Position numbers and translations under genes: made by a program. Shown one piece after another: positions 1 through 7,672 of a DNA stretch of 64,000 nt. The stretch is from NCBI GenBank assembly GCA_963697335.1, contig CAVONQ010000016.1, forward strand, positions 1 through 64,000. Reading direction: 5' to 3'. This DNA is from an uncultured cyanobacterium. GTDB taxonomy: Bacteria; Cyanobacteriota; Cyanobacteriia; PCC-6307; Cyanobiaceae. Numbering within the stretch: the first letter of the stretch is position 1; each line of letters opens with the position of its first letter. The notes below the pieces were generated by a model that saw only the letters and a program-made list of their open reading frames with translations, ran no database searches and had not been told where the DNA came from.

Positions 1-64
1 GTAGATCGGAGAGGCCTCCAGAGAATCCTTCGGCCTTGGTTGGAGTGGTTGATGGGATTGCTGT

Positions 65-707
65 TCATCGGGTTGGGCCGTAGAGGGTGGATATCCAGAT
101 GCGGCAGAGGCTCTGGTACACAAGTTCGGGATCTCCATGGCGAGGGGAGCCGAACTCCTTGATCAGCACAAACGCGTCCATGCGGTTGAGGGCAACGGCG
201 ATGGCACCGGCCGGCAGAGGAGCGATCAGGCCGCGGGCCTGCTGCGCCTCGATCCGTGACGCCACGGCCGCATCGAAGGTGCTGAGGAAGTCGTTCCAGA
301 CCTTCTCGAGAACAGCATCAAAAGGGGCGGCCTCGGCGGCGGCCCGCAGGATGGTCCCCTTCTGGCGGCCCACCTCGACCAGCCCCCTCAGGGATTGGCG
401 CGGCGCTGCTGCGGGTCCTCCTCCGTTGTGAACCACGGTGCGGCTGCTTCCAGGATCGCCTCCTGGCACTCCAAGAGCAGGGTGCGCATCAGGGCGTAGA
501 GGTCCTCGAAGTAGAGGTAAAAGGTGGGACGGCTGGCGCGACTTCCGCCATCAACAGGGCCACGGTGAGGTCGCGGAACGGCTGATGGCCGAGGAAGCGC
601 GCTGCGGCCTCGAGGATCGCCAGGCGGGTGCGTGCCGCCTTGCGCGGAACGGCGAGACGCTCAGGCGTCAGCCGTGGGCGATGGCTTGGGACCTGGGGAT
701 CTGACAA
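65..707 (-). pseudogene. TetR/AcrR (EthR-like) transcriptional regulator broken by two frameshifts
   Basis: Frame 1 gives the HTH start (RTRLAILEAAARFLGHQPFRDLTVALLMAEV). A shift near 540 continues ASRPTFYLYFEDLYALMRTLL. A second shift near 405 continues QSLRGLVEVGRQKG...CRIWISTLYG. May be indel sequencing errors. Confidence 0.75.
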
Positions 708-721
708 TGCGTCATCTTTGG

Positions 722-740
722 CTGACGTCGTGTCAGTCTA
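722..740 (-). promoter_or_regulatory. Candidate TetR operator (CTGAC-N5-GTCAG, 722-736) overlapping a TAGACT -10 (minus 740-735)
   Basis: Inverted repeat 15-30 bp upstream of the TetR start; function inferred from typical TetR autoregulation. Confidence 0.35.
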
Positions 741-1066
741 CACAGCCGGCTCGAAGGGTACGCCGATCTACGCGGCGGCCGGGCCGGCGCCATCGAGCGA
801 TCGATCAAATCCCTGCCGCGATGATCGATGGAATGGCGCAAGCAGGAGATGCCGCTGAGGGCTGGAGCCCCCGAAAGCCATGGGGCACCAGTGACCGTTA
901 TGGATCCCCAGAGAACGAAGGACCCAGCCTTTGCATCCGCCTGATCTCCGGTAGGCGATGCCATCGCGCTCGACCTTGCGGCTGCTCTGATCGGGAAGCA
1001 TCCGGAAGAACCACCCGCGAGAGTCCGCCAGCGCAGGCCAGGCCCTTCCCCTCCGATTCACCCCAG

Positions 1067-1169
1067 AGCGAACGCTGGCCATCACCTGCTCGCAGAGAGC
1101 TGAAGCGATAGCAGTGCGAAGGGATCTGTGAATCTACGGCGGCGGGTCAGGTGCATGGCCGTGTTAGAG
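1067..1169 (-). other. attC site closing the mazEF cassette (103 bp)
   Basis: Minus strand: R'' CTCTAAC (contains the mazF TAA), 5-nt spacer, L'' CATGCACC with extra G, variable loop, L' GGTGATG, 6-nt spacer, R' GTTCGCT. Second extrahelical A in CTGACCCGC/GCGAGCAG. Confidence 0.9.
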
Positions 1170-1523
1170 AGTGGCAGCATTGTCAGGAAGAAGCAGAGGC
1201 AAGATCCTTGTCGTAACCATCGCCAGAAGCTCAGTCGATGTTCTGTCAATCAGCTTCGCCTTCCTTGCTCGCCAGTCAAGGCTCTTGAGCTGATCTGCAA
1301 GAACGACACCAATCACCCCACTACCCTCTGGCAATGCGACTTCAAATGGATAACCCTTGACTCGAGACGTCACTGGACAGAACAAGGCTAGTCCAACTTT
1401 TGCGTTGTAGGCCTTCGGCGAGATCACCAAGGCAGGCCGCCTTCCAGCCTGTTCACTACCTGTCTGCGGTGTGAATTCAAGCCAGACCAAATCTCCTCGA
1501 TCAGGGACATAGGCAGCTGACAC
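1164..1523 (-). CDS. mazF: MazF/PemK endoribonuclease toxin
   Basis: YVPDRGDLVWLEFTPQTGSEQAGRRPALVISP...CPVTS...DQLKSLDWRAR; GTG start overlaps the mazE stop. Confidence 0.95.
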   Translation of the reverse strand: MSAAYVPDRGDLVWLEFTPQTGSEQAGRRPALVISPKAYNAKVGLALFCPVTSRVKGYPFEVALPEGSGVIGVVLADQLKSLDWRARKAKLIDRTSTELLAMVTTRILPLLLPDNAATL

Positions 1524-1765
1524 TAGAAGATCTCCGCACCGACAGCCGATCCCGTATCAATAGACGAATGAAGATTGCTTTCTGAAACCTCTGCCAAGAG
1601 ATCATCAAGACTGAGGCGAGTAGGGAGAGCTGGCTTCACGACCAGCTCGCCATCCTTGGCACTCAGGCTCACTTCAGTGCCAGCACCCAGGCCAACCTCC
1701 TCAGCCAGTCCACGCGGGATCCGAACCCCGAGACTGTTTCCCCATTTTTGGACCCGCGTCTGCAT
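1523..1765 (-). CDS. mazE: MazE/AbrB-type antitoxin
   Basis: MQTRVQKWGNSLGVRIP...SLDDLLAEV...GAEIF; start refined to the ATG at 1765. Confidence 0.93.
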   Translation of the reverse strand: MQTRVQKWGNSLGVRIPRGLAEEVGLGAGTEVSLSAKDGELVVKPALPTRLSLDDLLAEVSESNLHSSIDTGSAVGAEIF

Positions 1766-1871
1766 GGCAATCATGCGGCTATACGCGCGAAGTTGGTCAG
1801 TGACCAGCGCTTTGCGCTCACACTGGCGCGTGGAGTCGCTGGTCGCCACCCGAAGAGCATGTGAGCTAACC

Positions 1872-1958
1872 TTCTAACGATTAGCCGAGCCGCACCGCCG
1901 TTCTTGACGGAACGGCGTTCGGCTAGCAGGCGGTGTCGGCTCGAGCTTGCTGTTGCTT
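1872..1958 (-). other. attC site closing the ORF-less cassette (87 bp)
   Basis: Minus: AAGCAAC AGCAA GC(T)CGAGCCG(A)CACCGCC ... GGCGGTGCGGCTCGGC TAATC GTTAGAA; two extrahelical bases on the R'' arm. Confidence 0.88.
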
Positions 1959-2012
1959 AGCCGTGCAGGTATTCTAGACACCCACAACAACCGTAAAAAC
2001 ACGGTCTAGCAA
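1878..2012 (-). mobile_element. ORF-less integron cassette (135 bp)
   Basis: Starts (G)TTGCTA and ends in an attC whose R'' AAGCAAC complements it at 6/7; only 48 bp of internal sequence. Confidence 0.8.
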
Positions 2013-2060
2013 CGATTATGGATAGATCGTGCGCAGCCACGATCTTATCCGAAGTTGAAC
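2007..2060 (-). other. Short atypical attC-like hairpin (54 bp) closing cassette 1
   Basis: Minus: GTTCAAC TTC GGATA(A)GATCGTG GCTGCG CACGATCTATCC ATAATC GTTGCTA; one extrahelical A at the canonical L'' position, but an 8-nt L'-R' spacer. Confidence 0.7.
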
Positions 2061-2300
2061 AAGCCTGCAGCTCTGGGGCCCAGGGCTTACTGCAGAAACA
2101 TCCGGCGGTATTTCATAATGGCTTTATCTTCTGCCATGGGTAGAAACACCTGTCCTGCTCAAACCATTTCTGTGATGACTGGCTTCTGCTCAGTTTAGGG
2201 GCGCAGCCGAGCCTCCAGGCCAGTTCTCTCCTTCTGAACCAGCCTGGATGGGGCAAGTAGGGCTATGGGCAGGCTTATCTTCCGCTCCTTCCTTGAGCGT

Positions 2301-3359
2301 TTAGCTGAGCAGTGGTCTCATTCCTCGCACACGCACAGCAAGGATTTCCATCACGCCGCCGCACTGGGGACACAGCACCGCTGGCTTGTGGCTCGGCTCA
2401 GAGCGATCGGGTAGCACGACCCTCAGCAGGAGTTGCACCAACTGGATCAGGCGCTTGCCGTTGCCATGCAGCAGGCCAAAATCACGTACGCGCCGAAACC
2501 GTCTTGGCAGTACATGCCTCAGCAGCAACCAGAGGAAGTCAGCACCTGAGATGGTCTGGATGATCTCCTTTCCCGCATTGTCCTTGGTGCGGAATGTCAC
2601 CATCCCATCCTCGTCAGAGAGAATGTTCTTCTCTGGCAGGACTCCACGGTAGAGGTAGCGTCCAAGATAGATCAGTGCCTTCTCGCCACGGCCCACTGAT
2701 TTGCAGTGCACCACCCACTCTCGTGGGATCGTGCTTTTGACCTGCAGGCCTAACTGTCGCATCCCCTCAAACCATTTTGCACGGAATACCCTGGCAAGGT
2801 TGGCCTCAGGAAACAGATAGCCCTTGGCTTTGCTGCGCCATTCCCTTCTTTGCTCATGGATCGCACCTGCAGGCACAATCAGATGCACGTGAGGATGGTA
2901 GTCAAGTCGGCGGTTGTGCGTGTGCAGCACTGCGTGCGCTCCGATCTTGCCGCTGAGCTTTGGATCACGGCGAGCGAAGGAATCGATCGTTTGCCAGCAC
3001 GTTCTCAGCAGCAGATCATAGGTTGCTCTTTGATGCTGCCAGAACACCGGCCTCAGCTCAGCCGGCACCGTGAAGGTGATCAGGAAATACTCCACCGGCA
3101 GCAGCTTGGCTCGTTGTCGTTCAATCCACTGCTGGCTTTCATGATGCTGGCAATGGGGGCAACTGCGATGGCCACAGGAATGGGGGATCTTGGCGCTGTG
3201 CTCACAATTGGAACATTGCAGCACCATCAGGTCGCTGCCTTGTCGGCGGCAGCGCCGCATCGCTTGCAGGGCCTGGCGATGACTCGGCAGTAGCTGAGGA
3301 CCATGAAGCCGCTCCAAGTCGCCCTGGTAGCGCTCCACCAAGTGGGAGAGAAGAATCAT
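2301..3359 (-). CDS. IS91-family rolling-circle transposase (Zn-binding domain plus Y2 HUH domain)
   Basis: CSNC...SCGHRSCPHC Zn-binding N-terminus, TFTVP, HTH...YHPHVH (HUH), YLGRY (YxxxY), HVLP..F.RVR.FG, C-terminal CPQC. Confidence 0.93.
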   Translation of the reverse strand: MILLSHLVERYQGDLERLHGPQLLPSHRQALQAMRRCRRQGSDLMVLQCSNCEHSAKIPHSCGHRSCPHCQHHESQQWIERQRAKLLPVEYFLITFTVPAELRPVFWQHQRATYDLLLRTCWQTIDSFARRDPKLSGKIGAHAVLHTHNRRLDYHPHVHLIVPAGAIHEQRREWRSKAKGYLFPEANLARVFRAKWFEGMRQLGLQVKSTIPREWVVHCKSVGRGEKALIYLGRYLYRGVLPEKNILSDEDGMVTFRTKDNAGKEIIQTISGADFLWLLLRHVLPRRFRRVRDFGLLHGNGKRLIQLVQLLLRVVLPDRSEPSHKPAVLCPQCGGVMEILAVRVRGMRPLLS

Positions 3360-4264
3360 GATTCCTCCGCCCAGCGCAGCTGGAAGCCGTTCAGCAGCGT
3401 TTCAATGCGATCACCGGTGTGATCGCGCACCACCTGGGTGATGTGGGCGTAGCGGGCCGTGGTGTTGCTATGGCTGTGGCCGAGCAGGGATTGGATCAGG
3501 CGCAGGTCCATTCCCTGCTCCAGCAGGTGGGTGGCATAGGCATGGCGCAGCGAGTGCACCGTGAGTCGCTTCTCGATCCCACACTCCAGCCGGGCTGCTC
3601 TGAGGGCTGCCTGCACACCGCTGGCATCCATCGGTGCACTGGCGATCCGCACGATGAACTGGCTGCCGGCCGGACTGGGAAAGAGCAGCCGCGGATGGCG
3701 GTGGGTCGTCCAGAAGCGACGCATGGCCTGCAGCGTCAGCACCGGTATCGGCACGTAGCGATCCTTGCCTCCCTTGCCATCGCGGATGTGCACGCGCCGC
3801 TGGCTGCCATCAATGTCCGCCACCTCCAGCGCCAGGCCCTCGCCGATCCGCAGGCCAAGGCTGTAGACCACCAGCAGGAAAATCCGATAGCGCAACTTGC
3901 GCACCGTATTGATCAGCCGATGCACTTCCTCGCGGGTGGGAACATCTGGCAGACTGCGCACACGTGGCGGGCGGATGATCTTGATCCACTCCATCTCGCG
4001 ATCAAGCACATAGCGGTGGAAGAATTGCAGACTGCAGAGATCAATCTTAATCGTGCTCCACGAATACTGCTCCAGCAAAGCAGTGAAGTACCCTTTCAAG
4101 TCATCAGGGCTGAGATCATCGGGGCAACGATTGAAATGGCCAGCCACGCGCCGCAACGTTCGGCTGTAGCTGTCAATTGTCTTGCTGCGTAAGCCGTGCA
4201 GCCTCATCGCCTTTACGTTCGCGTCAAACAGGCGATCAAAGCGCTCCTGTTCAGTAGGATCCAT
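3356..4264 (-). CDS. Site-specific tyrosine recombinase (IntI/XerD-like)
   Basis: GLRIGE, GKGGKDR, HSLRH.YATHLLE.G.DLR.IQ.LLGH...TT.RY; its stop overlaps the transposase start (ATGA). Confidence 0.95.
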   Translation of the reverse strand: MDPTEQERFDRLFDANVKAMRLHGLRSKTIDSYSRTLRRVAGHFNRCPDDLSPDDLKGYFTALLEQYSWSTIKIDLCSLQFFHRYVLDREMEWIKIIRPPRVRSLPDVPTREEVHRLINTVRKLRYRIFLLVVYSLGLRIGEGLALEVADIDGSQRRVHIRDGKGGKDRYVPIPVLTLQAMRRFWTTHRHPRLLFPSPAGSQFIVRIASAPMDASGVQAALRAARLECGIEKRLTVHSLRHAYATHLLEQGMDLRLIQSLLGHSHSNTTARYAHITQVVRDHTGDRIETLLNGFQLRWAEES

Positions 4265-4480
4265 CGAAGTGGCTTCCCGTTGGGAAGATGAAGGGAATCA
4301 ACGCATCAGTCGATGCGCATCCCTCAGTGTCTTCCCGGAATCAGTCGCCAGCCACAACCCAGCGGGGGCTGCTCAGCTCTCGCCCTGAGCATCATTCTGC
4401 GACATGCCCTCAAGGCGCAGAGCCTTGAATTGACAAGAGTTTGCTATGATCGTTCTTGGAATCTGCCGCGCAGCGGCTTA

Positions 4481-4511
4481 GTTCAACGCTGATTAGGCGG
4501 GTCCGGTAACC
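4481..4511 (-). other. Putative attI site (crossover G|TT at 4487/4486)
   Basis: Minus ...GGTTACCGGACCCGCCTAATCAGC G|TTGAAC. It lies between the intI 3' end and cassette 1, with no attC hairpin in front of this GTT. Confidence 0.6.
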
Positions 4512-4641
4512 GTCCCCTTGGAGGTCCACCGACCAGAATAAGTTTGTCACCTGCTCCTCGCAACGGCTCAGAAGCTATGCCAACACTGCCTCTTGGGTTC
4601 AAGTCCTCAATCCCTCGGCAGTTTATGCGGACCCGTTAACC
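4493..4641. repeat. Two 19-bp imperfect direct repeats (4493-4511 and 4623-4641), each quasi-palindromic
   Basis: TTAGGCGGGTCCGGTAACC vs TTATGCGGACCCGTTAACC, 15/19 identical, 130 bp apart. Confidence 0.7.
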
Positions 4642-4655
4642 ATCTGTTCGTCTTG

Positions 4656-5627
4656 CTACAGAAGGTCTACTGGGCTGCTCACGCCCAGCGGTCCTTTGTT
4701 CAACACGTGGGTGTAGATCATCGTGGTTTTGACGTCACTGTGACCCAGCAGTTCCTGGATCGTACGGATGTCCTGGCCCCGCTCCAGCAGATGGGTGGCG
4801 AAGGAGTGGCGGAAGGTGTGGCAAGTGGCTGGTTTGGTGAGGCCAGCCGAGAGCACGGCTCGGCGCACTGCCTTCTGAATCAGGCTGGGGTCGAGATGAT
4901 GTCGCCCCTGTTCGCCGGTTGAGGCGTCGCACCACCGTTGATGCTGGGGAAACACCCACTGCCAGCCCCACTCCACACCGGCATTCGGATACTTCCGGCC
5001 CAGCGCATGCGGCAACAACACTCGCCCCCACCCCTGGGACAGATCCTGCCGATGGATCTGTCTGACTTCCTCAAGGTGCCCTCTGAGCTGGGCTCCAAGG
5101 CGCTCCGGCAACAGGGTGCGGCGATCCTTGCCCCCTTTGCCATCCCGCACCATCAGCTCGTGTCGGCCGAAGTCGAGGTCGTGCACCCGCAGCCGCAGCG
5201 CCTCGATCAGCCGCAGCCCGCTGCCGTACAGCAGCCCAGCCACCAGTGCCTCCACCCCATCCAGTCTTTGCAGCACAGCGCTTACTTCCTCCGGCGTCAG
5301 CACCACGGGTAGCCGTGGGCGCTTGCGGGCCCGCACCACCCCCTCCAGCTCCAGATCGCGATCCAGCAGTTCGCGGTACAGAAACAGCAGAGCCGCGAGG
5401 GCCTGGTTCTGGGTGGAGGCGCTTACTTGCCGTTCCACGGCCAGATGGCTGAGGAAGGCGTTCACCTCGGCGCTGCCCATCTCCCGGGGGTGGCGCAGGT
5501 GGTGGAACCGCAGAAAGCGCCTGAGCCACTGTTCGTAGGTGTTCACCGTTCGGCGGGCGTAGTGCCGCACCTGCAGTTCCTCCCGGTAGCGCTGGATCAG
5601 TCCTGGCGGGCGTGGGTTGGGCTCCAT
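4656..5627 (-). CDS. intI: Integron integrase
   Basis: [17 protein letters not shown]...[16 protein letters not shown], IntI-specific insertion [59 protein letters not shown]; start refined to ATG 5627. Confidence 0.97.
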   Translation of the reverse strand: MEPNPRPPGLIQRYREELQVRHYARRTVNTYEQWLRRFLRFHHLRHPREMGSAEVNAFLSHLAVERQVSASTQNQALAALLFLYRELLDRDLELEGVVRARKRPRLPVVLTPEEVSAVLQRLDGVEALVAGLLYGSGLRLIEALRLRVHDLDFGRHELMVRDGKGGKDRRTLLPERLGAQLRGHLEEVRQIHRQDLSQGWGRVLLPHALGRKYPNAGVEWGWQWVFPQHQRWCDASTGEQGRHHLDPSLIQKAVRRAVLSAGLTKPATCHTFRHSFATHLLERGQDIRTIQELLGHSDVKTTMIYTHVLNKGPLGVSSPVDLL

Positions 5628-5688
5628 CACGGTTGGCGCTGCTTCCTCTTCAGCATTCCCACGCCACAGGCCGCTTTCTACGCTGCCC

Positions 5689-6825
5689 ATGCTTCCTGCC
5701 GGCTTCTCCTTGATCCCTTGCCTGCCAGACGGCATCCAGGCCCGGCCAGAGGTGGAGAGCCTGCAGGCCTACAGCGCCCCACTGGAGGGCCGCCGCGGCT
5801 TGCTGCGCCTGGATTTCAATGAGAACACCGTGGGCCCCAGCCCCCGGGTGGTGGAGGCGCTGCGCGCCATCCCCGCAGACCACTACGCCATCTACCCCGA
5901 ATACGACGGCCTGCGCGAGGCGCTGCTGGCCAACCTCAGCGTTTCCCCCTCAGGCCTGGCCCGGCCCCTCGCCCCGGCCCAGGTCGGCCTGTTCAACGGG
6001 GTGGATGCGGCGATCCACGCCCTCTTTCACGCCTACGGCAACCGGGGCGACCGGCTGCTCACCACCAGCCCCACCTTCGGCTACTACAGCCCCTGTGCCC
6101 AGATGCAGGGCATGGCGATCACCGCCATCCCCTACGAGCTGCCCGATTTCGCCTTTCCGCTCGAGGCGATCCGCCAGGCCCTGCTCGCGCAGCCCTGCCC
6201 GCGCATCCTGCTGCTCTGCAACCCCAACAACCCCACCGGCACCCGCCTGGCGCCAGCAGCAATCCTGGAGCTGGCTGCCGCCGCGCCGGCCACGCTGGTG
6301 GTGGTGGATGAGCTCTACGAGGCCTTCACGGGCGACAGCGTGCTGCCCACGGCCGACTTCGCCGCCACGCCCAACCTGCTGGTGTTGCGCTCCCTGGCCA
6401 AGACGGCCGGCCTGGCCGGGCTGCGCATCGGCTTTGCGATCGGCGCTGAGGCGGTGGTGGATCGCCTCAGCCGCGTCACCGGCCCCTACGACATCAACAG
6501 CTTCGCGGTCACGGCGGCCCTGGCGGCCTTGGCCGATCAGCCCTACACCGATGCCTACGTGGCCGAGGTGCTGCGCGCCCGCCACTGGCTCGTGGGCCAG
6601 CTGCAGCAGCAGGGCGTGCGGCACCACGCCGCCGGCGGCAACTACCTGCTGCTCTGGCCCGAGAGCCCGGCTGAGGAGGTGGAGCGGCGCCTCAGGCAGG
6701 CCGGCATCCTGGTGCGCTCCATGGCGGGTAAGCCGCTGATCGGGGGCTCCTTGCGGGTGAGCCTCGGCACCACCGCCCAGATGCAGCAGTTCTGGGCCGC
6801 CTACACGGCCATCACTACCCCCTGA
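5689..6825 (+). CDS. hisC: Histidinol-phosphate aminotransferase family PLP enzyme
   Basis: [36 protein letters not shown]; start approximate. Confidence 0.85.
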   Translation: MLPAGFSLIPCLPDGIQARPEVESLQAYSAPLEGRRGLLRLDFNENTVGPSPRVVEALRAIPADHYAIYPEYDGLREALLANLSVSPSGLARPLAPAQVGLFNGVDAAIHALFHAYGNRGDRLLTTSPTFGYYSPCAQMQGMAITAIPYELPDFAFPLEAIRQALLAQPCPRILLLCNPNNPTGTRLAPAAILELAAAAPATLVVVDELYEAFTGDSVLPTADFAATPNLLVLRSLAKTAGLAGLRIGFAIGAEAVVDRLSRVTGPYDINSFAVTAALAALADQPYTDAYVAEVLRARHWLVGQLQQQGVRHHAAGGNYLLLWPESPAEEVERRLRQAGILVRSMAGKPLIGGSLRVSLGTTAQMQQFWAAYTAITTP

Positions 6826-6843
6826 AAGAGCAACGGTGCGGCC

Positions 6844-7608
6844 TCAGCGCATCACCTGGATCACCGGTCCGCCGCTGAGGCTGCCGGGCAGGTTGAGGCT
6901 GCGGCCGGGGCGCTTCACCGGCACCCCGCCCATGGCCTGCAGGAAGCCATCCACGCTGCCCTGATCGCAGTCGGCGGGCTGGCTGCCGGAGATGTACTGC
7001 ACGGGGATCACCACCGCCGGCTGCAGCTCGCGCACCACTTCCGCCGCCTCGCTGCCGTCGTACACCTTGGCGCCGCCCCCCACGCCGATGATCAGCACGT
7101 CGGGGCGGCCCAGCAGCACTTTGTCTGATGGGCTGAGGCGGGCCACGGTGCCGCCGAGGTGGGCGAAGGTGAGCCCCCCCTGCTGCCAGCGCCACAGCGT
7201 CGACTGCCCGAAGCGGCGGCCGCCGACCCGGTCGTGGGGGCCGCCGATGCCCTCGATCTTGAGGCCGCCCACCCGGTAGGAGCCCGGATCCACCAGGAAC
7301 TTGCCGCTGGCCACCGGCGCTCCCTCATCCAGCAGGCGGCTGCTGGCCAGGATCACCGTGGCGCCCACCCTGGGCTCAGGCAGCCCGGCGGCACAGGCCA
7401 CCGCCTTGAACGGATTCAGCAGCACGCTGGCGCCGCCGCCGCGGATCATCAGGGCACTGTGGCCGTAGCTGGTGATGCTCACGCCGCTGCCGGCCAGGGC
7501 CGCCGCCGGGCTGAGCCCCAGGCCGGCGCCGAGGGCCAGGGCCACCAGGGCGCTGCCGCTGCGGCTGGGCCGCGGCAGGCTCCGGCGGGTCTGGGTGGCG
7601 CTAACCAT
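6844..7608 (-). CDS. MBL-fold metallo-hydrolase-like secreted protein
   Basis: Signal-like N-terminus, YGHSALMI, HDRVGG, FAHLG, DVLIIGVGG, VIPVQY. Confidence 0.75.
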   Translation of the reverse strand: MVSATQTRRSLPRPSRSGSALVALALGAGLGLSPAAALAGSGVSITSYGHSALMIRGGGASVLLNPFKAVACAAGLPEPRVGATVILASSRLLDEGAPVASGKFLVDPGSYRVGGLKIEGIGGPHDRVGGRRFGQSTLWRWQQGGLTFAHLGGTVARLSPSDKVLLGRPDVLIIGVGGGAKVYDGSEAAEVVRELQPAVVIPVQYISGSQPADCDQGSVDGFLQAMGGVPVKRPGRSLNLPGSLSGGPVIQVMR

Positions 7609-7672
7609 CGGATCGGGCCGCTTGGGTGGCGCGAAACTAGCAGCGTTGCCTGGCCTGGCAGGCCGGCGGGGT

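Larger units (their letters stand above)
2013..4486 (-). mobile_element. Cassette-shaped element: tyrosine recombinase plus IS91-family HUH (Y2) transposase
   Basis: Bounded by a perfect GTTRRRY core (GTTGAAC, minus 4487-4481) and its exact complement RYYYAAC (GTTCAAC, minus 2060-2054), followed by an attC-like hairpin. Confidence 0.85.
1067..5627 (-). mobile_element. Chromosomal integron, reversed-integrase type: intI, putative attI and three cassettes
   Basis: Intact IntI, three attC-like hairpins with consistent strand polarity, and complementary R'/R'' pairs for each cassette (GTTGAAC/GTTCAAC, GTTGCTA/AAGCAAC, GTTAGAA/CTCTAAC). Confidence 0.9.

Noticed and set aside
741..1072. A fourth cassette starting GTTCGCT
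   Set aside because: No matching R'' or attC hairpin found to its left, and ORFs 768-1085 and 668-964 have no recognisable motifs; treated as the array edge.
2057..4484. Ordinary IS91 insertion into a pre-existing cassette
   Set aside because: Not excluded, but removing only this span does not rebuild a sensible attI or attC, whereas removing 2013-4486 does.
4481..4652. AAC-N10-CGGGTCCG ... CGGACCCG-N10-GTT read as a long attC right after the intI stop (intI itself as a cassette)
   Set aside because: 172 bp, only 8 bp of pairing and no extrahelical-base pattern; better explained by two direct copies of a quasi-palindrome.
4593..5312. Plus-strand ORFs 4593-4922 and 4938-5312
   Set aside because: Antisense shadows of intI.
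5628..5688. LexA/SOS box upstream of intI
   Set aside because: No convincing match to E. coli-type or cyanobacterial LexA motifs by eye.
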